Shown here one piece after another: positions 45,870 through 55,237 of a stretch of DNA of 64,000 bases. The translations under genes and the position numbers were made by a program. Within the stretch, counting starts at the first letter, position 1; the number at the start of each line of letters is the position of its first letter. A model generated the notes under the pieces. It did not search any database. It worked only from the letters and a program-made list of their open reading frames with translations, and was not told the origin of the DNA. The stretch comes from a virus, in IMG/VR virus record IMGVR_UViG_3300023184_000033, positions 99,825-163,824 of that record, one strand, 5' to 3'.

Positions 45870-46501
45870 TATTTATTCTCCAACTGCTTAACAAAATCCA
45901 ATAATAATTTATGGTGTTTACCACCATGCCAATGTGGTTTCATCCACGAATACATATCATACCAAAATTTCTCACTCTCAGGATGGCAACCAATCAATCC
46001 TATATTGTCTTTGATAACTGCCATTGCATCACCATTCGGGTATGTTGATATTATATCACAATCACCAGTGATAGCGCAACCATCATAGAAAAACATTTTT
46101 TCTTTGTTGTTTTTCCACAACACATCCATAGCCTTTGGGTGTGGCCGTCTGGTATCTGTATTGGGCCTAGTAATATATTGTGTTATATCTAAATCACTAA
46201 AATTGAAATAGTGTTTACCTGCCCAATATGCACCCATACAAATACCAAGATACTTGCCGCCATTACTTACAAAATCTTTTACTCTTTGTTTATCGTATAT
46301 GAAAAGATTTTCAAAAGTTGATGCATCACCAATGCCACCAGGAATGGCAACAATATCAACATCATTAAAGAAACCATCTTCCATCCCATTCTTACTAAAA
46401 ATTTTAAAACTATATTCAGAACCAAGTGATTGCATTATACCATTGCAACTCTGAACTGAACATTTTGGATCAGCAACAAAGAGAGCGATTGTAGATTTCA
46501 T
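45869..46501 (-). CDS. Class I glutamine amidotransferase-like protein (BPL_N type)
   Basis: PGG, GGKYLGICMGAY nucleophile elbow, HPE. Confidence 0.85.
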   Translation of the reverse strand: MKSTIALFVADPKCSVQSCNGIMQSLGSEYSFKIFSKNGMEDGFFNDVDIVAIPGGIGDASTFENLFIYDKQRVKDFVSNGGKYLGICMGAYWAGKHYFNFSDLDITQYITRPNTDTRRPHPKAMDVLWKNNKEKMFFYDGCAITGDCDIISTYPNGDAMAVIKDNIGLIGCHPESEKFWYDMYSWMKPHWHGGKHHKLLLDFVKQLENK

Positions 46502-46502
46502 A

Positions 46503-46745
46503 TTATTTGGTTCGATTTCGCAATTTCATTCCAACCCAAGTACCACAAAAAGCACCAAGACATGCAGGAATTAATAACATATGATTGCTTGTATAATTTA
46601 CAACGGCTATGGCTGCAATAAAAAACACAACCACAGACCATCCACTAGCCTTTAGTGTTTCATTGTTATTAATTGATTTTAAATAAAATGTATAAAATAC
46701 ATCTGTAAAAAATAATGCAAAAAAAGTTATAGCAATATCAATCAT
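46503..46745 (-). CDS. Small membrane protein
   Basis: Three hydrophobic helices, GAF.GT. Confidence 0.7.
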   Translation of the reverse strand: MIDIAITFFALFFTDVFYTFYLKSINNNETLKASGWSVVVFFIAAIAVVNYTSNHMLLIPACLGAFCGTWVGMKLRNRTK

Positions 46746-47591
46746 TTAAACTTCTACGTATTGCAATTTAAAATCATCTGCTTGACCTTCGTAGTTAATA
46801 TATCCACGTGGGTTACAAACGATACGGGTAGAACCAATCATATAATCAAAGTTGTGGTGAGTATGTCCATGTGTCCACACTTTGATTTGCGGTCGGTCTA
46901 GAATAAATGCAGACAAATCGGAACTGTATGCACCATTCACCATCACATCATTTTCATATTGTGGTTTTGTGGACAACTTGCTTGGTGCATGATGGCCAAC
47001 AACCACAATCTTTTCATTAGGCAATCCAGAACAAACTTCATCAATCAATTTCAGCATTGCTTTATGTTCAATCACAGATTTTTCTGGAGAAAATTTAGCA
47101 GGTCGAGTCTTGAAAATTGGTTTATCTTCATCATCAAAAGATTTATAATTCACAACTTCACTAGAATCTTCAATGATACGATAGTCATTCATATAGCTCT
47201 TAATGCCATACAAGGTGTTAGGGTCTTCTTTGTTCATATCAGTCCAAAGAGTACCTGCAACAAAGGTCACATCACCAAATGTAACGAATTCTTTTTCCAT
47301 TACGTGGATGTTAGTCAAATCAGCCAATGCAACTTTCAATTGGTCGTAAGACTTAGAAAAGTCACCATGATAGTGCTCATGGTTACCCATAATGTAAATT
47401 ACATTAGGGAATTGAAATGAACAACGCTTGAAGAAATCCAAAAATCTTTGGCCCTTTTCAGAATCAGAAAATGGCATTTCTTTAGCAACACAAATGTCGC
47501 CTGACAAAATCAATACATCAGCATTCTCTTCATTTTTGAGAATAAGGTCACCAAATTCTAGGTGCAGGTCGGAGCAAACAGCAAACTTCAT
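46746..47591 (-). CDS. Calcineurin-like metallophosphoesterase
   Basis: SDLHLE, GDI, GNHE, HHAP, HGHTH, NPRGY. Confidence 0.93.
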   Translation of the reverse strand: MKFAVCSDLHLEFGDLILKNEENADVLILSGDICVAKEMPFSDSEKGQRFLDFFKRCSFQFPNVIYIMGNHEHYHGDFSKSYDQLKVALADLTNIHVMEKEFVTFGDVTFVAGTLWTDMNKEDPNTLYGIKSYMNDYRIIEDSSEVVNYKSFDDEDKPIFKTRPAKFSPEKSVIEHKAMLKLIDEVCSGLPNEKIVVVGHHAPSKLSTKPQYENDVMVNGAYSSDLSAFILDRPQIKVWTHGHTHHNFDYMIGSTRIVCNPRGYINYEGQADDFKLQYVEV

Positions 47592-47592
47592 T

Positions 47593-47772
47593 TTACGCCT
47601 CTTTAATTTTCATTCGTTGACTAAAGGTCATCATCCATTCTTTTACGATATCACGTGATTCGTATCGGTCTAATCCAAATTCTGTACGCACATAATTTGG
47701 ACTCTCAAACATATTACAAATACCAGACTCTCTCAGATTATCTAGGTACTCAAAAATTTCATCTTTATTCAT
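47593..47772 (-). CDS. Hypothetical protein, 59 aa (missing from track)
   Basis: YLDNLRESGICNMF..P.Y...EF motif; ATGA coupling. Confidence 0.65.
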   Translation of the reverse strand: MNKDEIFEYLDNLRESGICNMFESPNYVRTEFGLDRYESRDIVKEWMMTFSQRMKIKEA

Positions 47773-48140
47773 TCTGATTCTGGTTTGTTATTGAGTAATT
47801 TTTCAGTTGCGTCATTTTGCAGCAAATCCGAAATTCTATTTTGTAGATTTTCTTTAAACAAATCTTTGCACATTTCTTTATTGTTTGTGAGAGAAACACA
47901 TTCTTCTATATATTTTTTTTCTTGCAAAGCTGGCAATGTATTACTTCCATCATTATTGGATATGGATATAGTGCCGTGAGTAAATACGACAAAACAAAAG
48001 CAAGCCACCGCACCGGCAATTAAATATTGCCAATAGGCAACAAGAATTGTACCAACAATAAGCATCGCAACAACCAAAAGAATAATGTGTTCCAGGGTTG
48101 ATTGCGATACATTGAGGTATGCTAACATTTGTTCGTACAT
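47769..48140 (-). CDS. Hypothetical membrane protein
   Basis: Two TM segments. Confidence 0.65.
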   Translation of the reverse strand: MYEQMLAYLNVSQSTLEHIILLVVAMLIVGTILVAYWQYLIAGAVACFCFVVFTHGTISISNNDGSNTLPALQEKKYIEECVSLTNNKEMCKDLFKENLQNRISDLLQNDATEKLLNNKPESE

Positions 48141-48145
48141 ATTAA

Positions 48146-48466
48146 TTACGGTCTTTTAGGATTACAATGAACATTCACAGCAGTTAACACACGACCAAAC
48201 TCGGTACGTTGTGTAACATATTCAACAAAAGGTCTCATGCCGACAGTGTAACATTGCTCAGAGGCAGAAATTACTTCTGTTCTAGTTAATGCACGTGCTT
48301 CGAATTCAGGAATCTGTCCATAACCTTTTGTTATTTCATTTTGAACAGGGTCTTTAATTGGTGACGATTTACTATCAACATCCCGAACAGGCGCATAACC
48401 CATACGAGGTGTTGATGAGCATGCTGCCACTACCAATACGATTGGTACTAACAATAGTGCTTTCAT
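48146..48466 (-). CDS. Putative lipoprotein
   Basis: Signal with lipobox VAAC. Confidence 0.7.
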   Translation of the reverse strand: MKALLLVPIVLVVAACSSTPRMGYAPVRDVDSKSSPIKDPVQNEITKGYGQIPEFEARALTRTEVISASEQCYTVGMRPFVEYVTQRTEFGRVLTAVNVHCNPKRP

Positions 48467-48469
48467 TTT

Positions 48470-48742
48470 TTACCAGTCTCTTTCAGATACTTCAAATGTT
48501 GTATCAATCGAACCATCAGGATTATGTGTGATTGTGGCACCAACTTCAATGTCTTCATCACCAAAAGAATGGTTACCAAATTCTTCTTCTAATGCAACAT
48601 TCAAAGTGTATGCAGCATTTTTAAACAAATCACCATCACCAAGCCGGCAACGTGATACCAATGCATTGACCAAAATCATTTCTTCTTGAGTAAGAAGCAA
48701 ACGATACATTTTAACACTATCTTTATATTTCAATTTTTTCAT
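48470..48742 (-). CDS. Hypothetical protein
   Basis: ORF in an operon. Confidence 0.6.
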   Translation of the reverse strand: MKKLKYKDSVKMYRLLLTQEEMILVNALVSRCRLGDGDLFKNAAYTLNVALEEEFGNHSFGDEDIEVGATITHNPDGSIDTTFEVSERDW

Positions 48743-48743
48743 A

Positions 48744-49121
48744 TTACCACCATGAATCATAATAAACCGTTTTGCCTTCTTCCAAGGCGATACGGCACTT
48801 TTGTATAAACATCAAATCTTCTTTCAAAGATTCAAGGTCGGGAGGGTTATCACCAAAGAAAAACCCTTGTGTTTGTGGAAGTTTTTCACCAAGCAAATCA
48901 TTTTGCAATTGATCCAAATCTTCCACGGTGAGTTGAACGGGTACACAATTGAAACTCTCTTTTGTACCGCCTTTGGCACGATACAATTGTTCCATCCAAC
49001 CATGAAGGTCGTGGTGTTTACGCCAGTACTGCAATTCTTCATTGTCAGAATCTGGTGCAATTGTAAACTGGTCAACAGAGTTTTCTTTTGACACAGCGTA
49101 AGCATACATATCGAGACCCAT
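48744..49121 (-). CDS. Conserved hypothetical phage protein
   Basis: MGLDMYAY, YWRKH..LHGWM, FNC..V.L, GFFFG, VYYDSWW. Confidence 0.8.
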   Translation of the reverse strand: MGLDMYAYAVSKENSVDQFTIAPDSDNEELQYWRKHHDLHGWMEQLYRAKGGTKESFNCVPVQLTVEDLDQLQNDLLGEKLPQTQGFFFGDNPPDLESLKEDLMFIQKCRIALEEGKTVYYDSWW

Positions 49122-49124
49122 TTT

Positions 49125-49493
49125 TTAACCTTTTAATTTAGCAGCAACTAATTCTTTTTCAACCGACTCTGTAAAAGAGTTATCGGATTTTTGTACTTCA
49201 ATTCCACTTGGTGATGGTGTCTTGGCTTTACCAATGTATCGACCTTCAGCATTGAACTCTGTAAAGTTAAGCAACTGATAACCAGTCACAGCACGGCCAT
49301 TTTTGTGAACTCGCACGATGCCACCATCTTTACGAATATTGTAAATGTTGGTAGACAATCGATAGAGAACCGATTCTTGGTCTGTGCCTTTAAACACATC
49401 ACGGATTTCTGTGGGTGACACCGGTTTGCCAGATAGCAAAACAACGGTGATTTTTTCGTGGCGATTTGGTTTGCCTTTGCGAACTGTATTCAT
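49125..49493 (-). CDS. Hypothetical protein, possibly winged-helix DNA-binding
   Basis: YRLSTNIYNIR..GG.V..H helix-wing-like pattern; own promoter. Confidence 0.55.
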   Translation of the reverse strand: MNTVRKGKPNRHEKITVVLLSGKPVSPTEIRDVFKGTDQESVLYRLSTNIYNIRKDGGIVRVHKNGRAVTGYQLLNFTEFNAEGRYIGKAKTPSPSGIEVQKSDNSFTESVEKELVAAKLKG

Positions 49494-49524
49494 AATATAT
49501 TTCCTTTTCGATTCAATTTATACA

Positions 49525-49553
49525 ATTATAACGGATAACGGACTGGATGGCAA
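49525..49553 (-). promoter_or_regulatory. Sigma70 promoter TTGCCA-17-TATAAT
   Basis: Near-consensus hexamers with 17-bp spacer. Confidence 0.85.
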
Positions 49554-49556
49554 GCA

Positions 49557-50702
49557 TTAAAACGCTGGCTGTTGTTCCGTTGCAACAACTTCCGGTGCTG
49601 CTGTGTTGGCAGGACTTTCGACCGAACTATCAACTTTAGAATAGAGGTCTAAGAATGCCATCTTAGTGTCCTCATCAAAACGATTCACACATAGGCGAAT
49701 TGCTTTCATGCGGTCATTGTAGATATCATATGCCTTGGCAATGTGAACCAAACGGCGAGTGGAGATAATCTCATCGATACCACCATTATTATACGTTTGG
49801 CGAACCACATCAGCCCATGTACACAAATAGTCTACAAACTTTTCATCCTTAATAAGAGGCGTAAGAATTTTCTTCTCAGTCTTCATGTCGGGATATTCCT
49901 GTTCTACCGTAATTGGAAATCTTTCCAAGAAAGCATCATCAAGAATTTGGGAGAGATAACGGCCTTCATCTGAACCTTTACCTTTTGTATTGGCAGTAGC
50001 AATTACATTAAAACCATTGGCGGGATAAATCACTTCGCCTGTCTTCTTATTGTAATATGGTTTACCTTCTAAAATGCCTTGTAAACACATTAACTTATTG
50101 GATCCACGGTCAACTTCGTCTATCAAACAAATTGCACCCTTCTTCATTGCCTGAATAACAGGACCATCTTTGTATGCCGTATTGCCATTAATCAACTGAT
50201 AACCACCAAGCAAATCGGTTTCATCAGTTTCAATAGAGATATTAATACGAATACATTCACGATTCAATACGGCACATACTTGCTCAACCATGAGAGTCTT
50301 GCCGTTGCCAGATAAACCAGTAATGAAGATAGGATAGAACATCCTAGATTTTACAATACCTGTTAGGTCTTTAAAGAAACCAAAAGGCACATAATCGGGA
50401 TATTTTGCAGGGATTGCTGCATCAGATTCATCGACCAATTTAGGTTGGCGTAGAGATACGACTTGACCATAATCAACAAGTTCAGGAGTTTTTTCATTTG
50501 TAGTTTGTTTCACAGGAATTCCAGAGGATGGTACACGATATTGACCACGGTCAGCACGAAAATCAGATTTGGTAACCAACCAATAAGGATAGGGTACGCC
50601 AGATTCTGATACCACACGATTGATATCTTCACGACTTACAATAGCTTCCGAACCAAATTTGGATTCACAAGCAGTAACGAAAGCTAAAGCATTCTTATTC
50701 AT
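49557..50702 (-). CDS. CobS/MoxR-family AAA+ ATPase
   Basis: GLSGNGKT, ETDETDLLGG, LIDEVD, ATANTKG.GS..G, AFLERF, ISTRRL. Confidence 0.92.
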   Translation of the reverse strand: MNKNALAFVTACESKFGSEAIVSREDINRVVSESGVPYPYWLVTKSDFRADRGQYRVPSSGIPVKQTTNEKTPELVDYGQVVSLRQPKLVDESDAAIPAKYPDYVPFGFFKDLTGIVKSRMFYPIFITGLSGNGKTLMVEQVCAVLNRECIRINISIETDETDLLGGYQLINGNTAYKDGPVIQAMKKGAICLIDEVDRGSNKLMCLQGILEGKPYYNKKTGEVIYPANGFNVIATANTKGKGSDEGRYLSQILDDAFLERFPITVEQEYPDMKTEKKILTPLIKDEKFVDYLCTWADVVRQTYNNGGIDEIISTRRLVHIAKAYDIYNDRMKAIRLCVNRFDEDTKMAFLDLYSKVDSSVESPANTAAPEVVATEQQPAF

Positions 50703-50744
50703 TTAAAACCTTTCATAATATAAATTCAAACGGCTACATACCGT

Positions 50745-50773
50745 ATTATACAGACTTGCCGTTTCAATGGCAA
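50745..50773 (-). promoter_or_regulatory. Sigma70 promoter TTGCCA-17-TATAAT
   Basis: Upstream of the CobS-like gene. Confidence 0.85.
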
Positions 50774-50781
50774 GCCGTATA

Positions 50782-51630
50782 TCAACCGCAAATGGTATAC
50801 TCAGCCAAGTTAGCCCAATTCTTACCAGCACTCTTACGAATCTTGGTAACTTGAATAAGAGTCCGTAAGGACATTTCTTTGACTGAATCTTTAAGGTGGT
50901 CAATCAAATCCATAGCATCTTGTTTGTGCTTCTTATCAAATTCTGGCATAAACTCACCGGAATCTAACAGGAAACGCATACGTTCAACCTTTTGCTCTGT
51001 AGACATTGACAAGTCAACTGCCATAGAACGGGAAATAATTGCTTGATCTAAAGTGGCAGAAGACAAATTAGAGATAAAAACCACACGACCTTTAAATTCA
51101 AAGGATTGTGGCAAGTCTTCATCTTTAAGGTCAGCACGCCATGAAATGATACGGCGAGAGTAAGAATCTAACGCACCTTTTAACAGGTTGAGGGAAACTG
51201 GATCACGCAACACCGAATCACAATCATCAAATACCACAACTGAGGAACGATTCTCATACAATGTACGATACAATCCTTTTGGTGTAGAATAACCCTTGAT
51301 AACAAGGTAAGAATTGGCTGGTATTTTCTCACCAACGGAGAATTCTTCAAGCAATGATACGTCACGGAGACCAGCATCATTCAAGGCCTTGGTGATGGTA
51401 AAGGACTTACCAAGACCACCAGGACCAGTCACCACAACGGATGCTTGTTCGCCTTTGCACAACATATTAACCATGTCGGTAACGAATCCAAAGCGCTCAT
51501 TGATAGTGAAACGGGATTCTACTACTGGCATTGGCACTTTGGCCGATGCAATAGGAGTGATTCCTAGGTTGTGCATAGCAATGCGCTTGGCGGTCATACG
51601 AACACCGGTTTTTGGTACACCACGTGGCAT
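50782..51630 (-). CDS. AAA+ ATPase
   Basis: GPGGLGKS, VVFDDCD, LLKGALDS, FISN, A..SR. Confidence 0.88.
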   Translation of the reverse strand: MPRGVPKTGVRMTAKRIAMHNLGITPIASAKVPMPVVESRFTINERFGFVTDMVNMLCKGEQASVVVTGPGGLGKSFTITKALNDAGLRDVSLLEEFSVGEKIPANSYLVIKGYSTPKGLYRTLYENRSSVVVFDDCDSVLRDPVSLNLLKGALDSYSRRIISWRADLKDEDLPQSFEFKGRVVFISNLSSATLDQAIISRSMAVDLSMSTEQKVERMRFLLDSGEFMPEFDKKHKQDAMDLIDHLKDSVKEMSLRTLIQVTKIRKSAGKNWANLAEYTICG

Positions 51631-51661
51631 AAAAAGTCCTTTTCTTGATTCAATATAGAGT

Positions 51662-51689
51662 ATTATACAGGAACCTTACCACTTGGCAA
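51662..51689 (-). promoter_or_regulatory. Sigma70-type promoter TTGCCA-16-TATAAT
   Basis: Upstream of the AAA ATPase; CCTGTATAAT context. Confidence 0.75.
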
Positions 51690-51717
51690 GCATACTGTAT
51701 AATACTCCGGAGTATTG

Positions 51718-51735
51718 TGTTGTATTAATCCAACA
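51718..51735. promoter_or_regulatory. Palindromic site TGTTG-N8-CAACA (copy 1)
   Basis: TGTTGTATTAATCCAACA; same arms and spacing at 54684 and 57770. Confidence 0.55.
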
Positions 51736-51940
51736 GTACCATATATTCCTGTGGGAAGAATTTACGGAACCAGTCTAGACCTTTGCGAACGGTTTTATAG
51801 TCTCCAGTCATCTCCGCACCACGTATGGAATCGTATACAGCGACCGCTTCAGGTACCAACATAACGCCTTCACCAGAAAATGGGTTCTTAATAAGGACAG
51901 GTTCAGAGTCCAAAATCGTACAATCAAAAGGTAATTTCAT
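51725..51940 (-). CDS. Conserved hypothetical protein
   Basis: NPFSGE..L.PEAVAVYD.I.G.E...Y..VRKGLDWF...P..YMVLLD. Confidence 0.75.
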   Translation of the reverse strand: MKLPFDCTILDSEPVLIKNPFSGEGVMLVPEAVAVYDSIRGAEMTGDYKTVRKGLDWFRKFFPQEYMVLLD

Positions 51941-52131
51941 TTTAAATTCTCCAAAACTTCTTTAGCTAAATCAGTACCTTCGTATTCATCAAACACGGCA
52001 GCTATAATCATATCACGAACTACAGCAACTTCGGGGTCTTTGCAAAACATCTTGGCTTGTTCTGGTGTACAAGACCATAACAAATCCGCAATTTTAACTT
52101 GTCTCTTACTGAAGCCTTCAATACGAATCAT
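51937..52131 (-). CDS. Hypothetical protein
   Basis: Likely start MIRIEG at 52131. Confidence 0.6.
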   Translation of the reverse strand: MIRIEGFSKRQVKIADLLWSCTPEQAKMFCKDPEVAVVRDMIIAAVFDEYEGTDLAKEVLENLK

Positions 52132-52357
52132 CGAATCCGCCAAAATCACCATAATCTTCATTGGTGCCAAAACCGGCGGATGCCAATGCTTCAGCATCCG
52201 ATTCATGGTCAAAACCAGAATCATCAAAGAATAACTTTTCTTCAATATCTAATACAACTTTAATTGGAATGCCAAATGAATTGGCAACTTCTTCTGGCGT
52301 ATGACCATCAATCAACATTTGTTCAATATCTACTGACATTTCTTTTACTTTACCCAT
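52118..52357 (-). CDS. Acidic hypothetical protein
   Basis: GGAGG SD before MGKVKE; ALASAGFGT.EDYG. Confidence 0.7.
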   Translation of the reverse strand: MGKVKEMSVDIEQMLIDGHTPEEVANSFGIPIKVVLDIEEKLFFDDSGFDHESDAEALASAGFGTNEDYGDFGGFDDSY

Positions 52358-52513
52358 GTTATTCCTCCAAAGAATCAAGTGCTTCACATATGCAGCTATC
52401 AGCCACACTCATAAGGGATTCTAAACGACCATCAGGCTTTTGGCAAGCGTGATGGTATACATCCGACAATAAATTCTGTGCCTGTTGTAATTTAGCAACA
52501 ATTTCTTGGTCAC

Positions 52514-53539
52514 TCATGAATTTTCTCCTAATAGATATTTGTTTGAAATAACCTTGAAGGTCATTCCACCATTGATTTCCTTGAATACAATGCCTTCACG
52601 TTCAGGTCCTGTAATATCTCCCATTACAGATTTTGCTTCCGCAAAACTCAATAACCCCTCAATGCCACCAGCACCAGCCAATTCATAGTCCTTAACCATA
52701 ACAGGAACGTGAAGTAAACCCATCATTGTAATCAAGGTCTGACGTTTATTTGGCGTCACATAAAACCCACCAGAAATATTGTATACATCAAACACACGGA
52801 ACTCAGGCTTTGACAGCTTGTAGATATTGCCCTGGATACCAGGACCAATCAATTCACCTTGAATAGCAAAATCAGTACCAACAACTGTCCGCATTTTTTC
52901 TTCAATGCCGTCACGCCGAGCCACTTCCCAGAATGTAGTACCACCTTCTTCTTTCAGATCCAGGTTACGAGAACAGACACCGAACACACCATCGATCAGG
53001 TAGACGGTCATTGAAGAACCTTCTAGCTTCTCGGTAACTTCAAATTGAAGCTCATCGGTAATAGCTTGATCGATTTCTTTAACCAGGTTCTGACAACGCT
53101 CTTGATCGGTCTTTGGAATCAATGAAGGGAAGTTACCTTTCGCCATGCCAGCCAATTGGGCGTTCATTGGACGTTCCCATTTGATAACACCTAGATATTC
53201 CGACACATCGGCACCTTCACCAAATGAATGTGTTTCTGGAATCACTTGGTCTAGATTCAACAACAGACCTTGAGATAATTGACCACGTAACTTTACAGTA
53301 CGCAAGCGTTCACCTTTGATGCCTTCAAATTCCCGAGGTTCTTTGCCTTTGCTTAAAAATAGTGCTAACTTAGTAGGAATCCATGAGTCAATTTCGCAAT
53401 AGACTGCACGATCACCAACGTTGAATTCACCTTTTTTAACAACAACTTTCCATCCGCCAACCGTGGCACATTCAATTGCATCTGCACCATTGATAGGATC
53501 AATTGAATCAATTTTACGAATAACAGCCATTTTACGCAT
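52514..53539 (-). CDS. RNA ligase, DRB0094/Rnl5 family
   Basis: N-terminal OB (ADAIE.A.V.GW.VVV), LRGQLSQG, KTDQER.QN, TEKLEG.S, QGELIG, EGIVFK, FKVISNKYL. Confidence 0.93.
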   Translation of the reverse strand: MRKMAVIRKIDSIDPINGADAIECATVGGWKVVVKKGEFNVGDRAVYCEIDSWIPTKLALFLSKGKEPREFEGIKGERLRTVKLRGQLSQGLLLNLDQVIPETHSFGEGADVSEYLGVIKWERPMNAQLAGMAKGNFPSLIPKTDQERCQNLVKEIDQAITDELQFEVTEKLEGSSMTVYLIDGVFGVCSRNLDLKEEGGTTFWEVARRDGIEEKMRTVVGTDFAIQGELIGPGIQGNIYKLSKPEFRVFDVYNISGGFYVTPNKRQTLITMMGLLHVPVMVKDYELAGAGGIEGLLSFAEAKSVMGDITGPEREGIVFKEINGGMTFKVISNKYLLGENS

Positions 53540-53556
53540 TTTATATTTCCAAAAAT

Positions 53557-53871
53557 TTATTTGTTGTGTTTATTAGCCCATTCTACACCACGTAGAAAAG
53601 CTTCACGTTCTAATCGGTTGTAATGTGTCTTTGCAACGGTGTTTTCATATATATCAAATTTCTTTGCATCACGCTTACGGGTTGAAACTGCGCCATGTGG
53701 TCGTGGGCCACGAAACATCACATAATACTTGGTGAAGTCAATTTGTTGTTTCAACAATTCATAGAATTCGAATGGTACTGCTTTGTAAACAGAACTATAA
53801 CCACCTGGAGATTTGAAAGTCTTCAAAGTCTCTTGCATCTTAATATCTTTTGATTTGTAATCTGGTCTCAT
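53557..53871 (-). CDS. Hypothetical protein
   Basis: Y.MFRGPR motif; coupled to the upstream gene. Confidence 0.6.
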   Translation of the reverse strand: MRPDYKSKDIKMQETLKTFKSPGGYSSVYKAVPFEFYELLKQQIDFTKYYVMFRGPRPHGAVSTRKRDAKKFDIYENTVAKTHYNRLEREAFLRGVEWANKHNK

Positions 53872-54608
53872 TATGCAGCCACCATCATAACTGTTGGATA
53901 CTTTACAAAGCCTGTAGTATCTTTTTTGGCTTTACCTTTGGCATACAAACCAACAATAACGCCTTTTGGATCAAGAAAGCGTAAATCACTTTCATCACCA
54001 TTAAACACAGGACGATTGTAATAGGTTTCTGGCAATGCTTCTGTTTTCTTGACACCGAACACGGTAGCGATATTGTAACCTTGCAATACGGCACCAAGTA
54101 CATCACCCATATTACCATCGGCATCGGAGAATGTCAGGTGATAATTGGTAATGCCTGCAACCTTACGACCAAGGATTTTCGTGTAGTCATAGAATTGGAT
54201 ATCAGGGAAGCATTCGAACACGTTTTGACCTGGAATCATATCATACTTTTCCCATGAAAGGTCAGAAGTACCGTTCAAACGGAATACAGGAATCAAATTA
54301 GCTTTGGCTGCCTGCTTGATACCTAATTCGATATCCTTCTTTAATGCAAGCATAAAGTCTTGGCGCTGTTCAAAGAACATTTTGGTTTTGCGAATACGTG
54401 CTTGCTGAATGACATTAGTAGATTCACCACGCTTGAACATACCGCCACGACCAGCAGTATTGAGACAAGCCGCCTTACAGCCTGCCGTTGCTTTAGGGCA
54501 GGTATTGTAACCAGACAATTCAGCAGGTGCCAAGTGTAGAATAAACGTCATATAACCAACGGATTGACCTTTCAAGGTCTTGGGGTTTCCAACAGATAAC
54601 AATTTCAT
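53871..54608 (-). CDS. Gene product 88-like protein (Cys-cluster, radical-SAM-like)
   Basis: CPKATAGCKAACL, RLNGTSD, FYDYTK, NYHLTFS, GD.SDLRFLD, GL.AKG. Confidence 0.8.
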   Translation of the reverse strand: MKLLSVGNPKTLKGQSVGYMTFILHLAPAELSGYNTCPKATAGCKAACLNTAGRGGMFKRGESTNVIQQARIRKTKMFFEQRQDFMLALKKDIELGIKQAAKANLIPVFRLNGTSDLSWEKYDMIPGQNVFECFPDIQFYDYTKILGRKVAGITNYHLTFSDADGNMGDVLGAVLQGYNIATVFGVKKTEALPETYYNRPVFNGDESDLRFLDPKGVIVGLYAKGKAKKDTTGFVKYPTVMMVAA

Positions 54609-54639
54609 AATAAATCCTTTTTTCTCAATCAATACGGTG

Positions 54640-54667
54640 ATTATACAGGTTCAGGTAACAATGGCAA
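54640..54667 (-). promoter_or_regulatory. Sigma70-type promoter TTGCCA-16-TATAAT
   Basis: CCTGTATAAT context shared with 51662 and 57684. Confidence 0.75.
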
Positions 54668-54681
54668 CAACTATTTGCCAC

Positions 54682-54703
54682 ACTGTTGTTTTTATGCAAC
54701 AGT
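54682..54703. promoter_or_regulatory. Palindromic site ACTGTTG-N8-CAACAGT (copy 2)
   Basis: ACTGTTGTTTTTATGCAACAGT just upstream of the -35 box. Confidence 0.6.
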
Positions 54704-54713
54704 TAGTGGTCAC

Positions 54714-54989
54714 TCACATAGACCAATACGCTTCGCTAGAGGGGCTGCAATAACGTGGTGTATCGTAGCGTTCCTGATATTCGCCGCCACCCATCATATT
54801 GTTGCGGGTAACAAAAGTCTCAAAAATCTGAAAACGATAACCATCCTTGGTCTTATAGGTTGGATAAAGTGATGAGACCTCACGTTCCATCGATTCCATG
54901 TCCTTGCGGTCAAAGTCATACTTGCTAATCAGGCGTTCACCTGTTTTCTTTCGTTTATCGGCTTTGTATATTTCAATCGTAAACATCAT
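54714..54989 (-). CDS. Conserved hypothetical protein
   Basis: EIYK.D.R.K.GERL..K.D, ERYDTP.YCSPSSEAYWSM. Confidence 0.75.
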   Translation of the reverse strand: MMFTIEIYKADKRKKTGERLISKYDFDRKDMESMEREVSSLYPTYKTKDGYRFQIFETFVTRNNMMGGGEYQERYDTPRYCSPSSEAYWSM

Positions 54990-55174
54990 TCTTCAACTCC
55001 AAAATGTTTTCCCATTTCTTCAGCAGCGATATACCCATGCTCGCCGATACTATCAGAAATACACATACATTCCTGCACAATTAACTGGGCGAATTTTTCA
55101 ATCTGTCCGTCTTGGGCATCATAGTATGCTTGAAGCTCAGATTGTTTCAGCAATTTTTTAATTCGTTCGTTCAT
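54986..55174 (-). CDS. MNERI/HFGVEE paralogue 1
   Basis: MNERIKKL...EKFAQLIVQEC...HFGVEE. Confidence 0.85.
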   Translation of the reverse strand: MNERIKKLLKQSELQAYYDAQDGQIEKFAQLIVQECMCISDSIGEHGYIAAEEMGKHFGVEE

Positions 55175-55208
55175 CTTGTGTTCCTAGTGTGTTGCTGTCT
55201 ATGCTTGT

Positions 55209-55237
55209 ATTATAATAGGGTTCTTAGGCCCTGTCAA
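55209..55237 (-). promoter_or_regulatory. Consensus sigma70 promoter TTGACA-17-TATAAT
   Basis: Perfect consensus upstream of paralogue 1. Confidence 0.9.

Noticed and set aside
54682-54703. LexA (SOS) box
   Set aside because: The proteobacterial SOS box is CTGT-N8-ACAG; here CTGT and ACAG are 12 nt apart.
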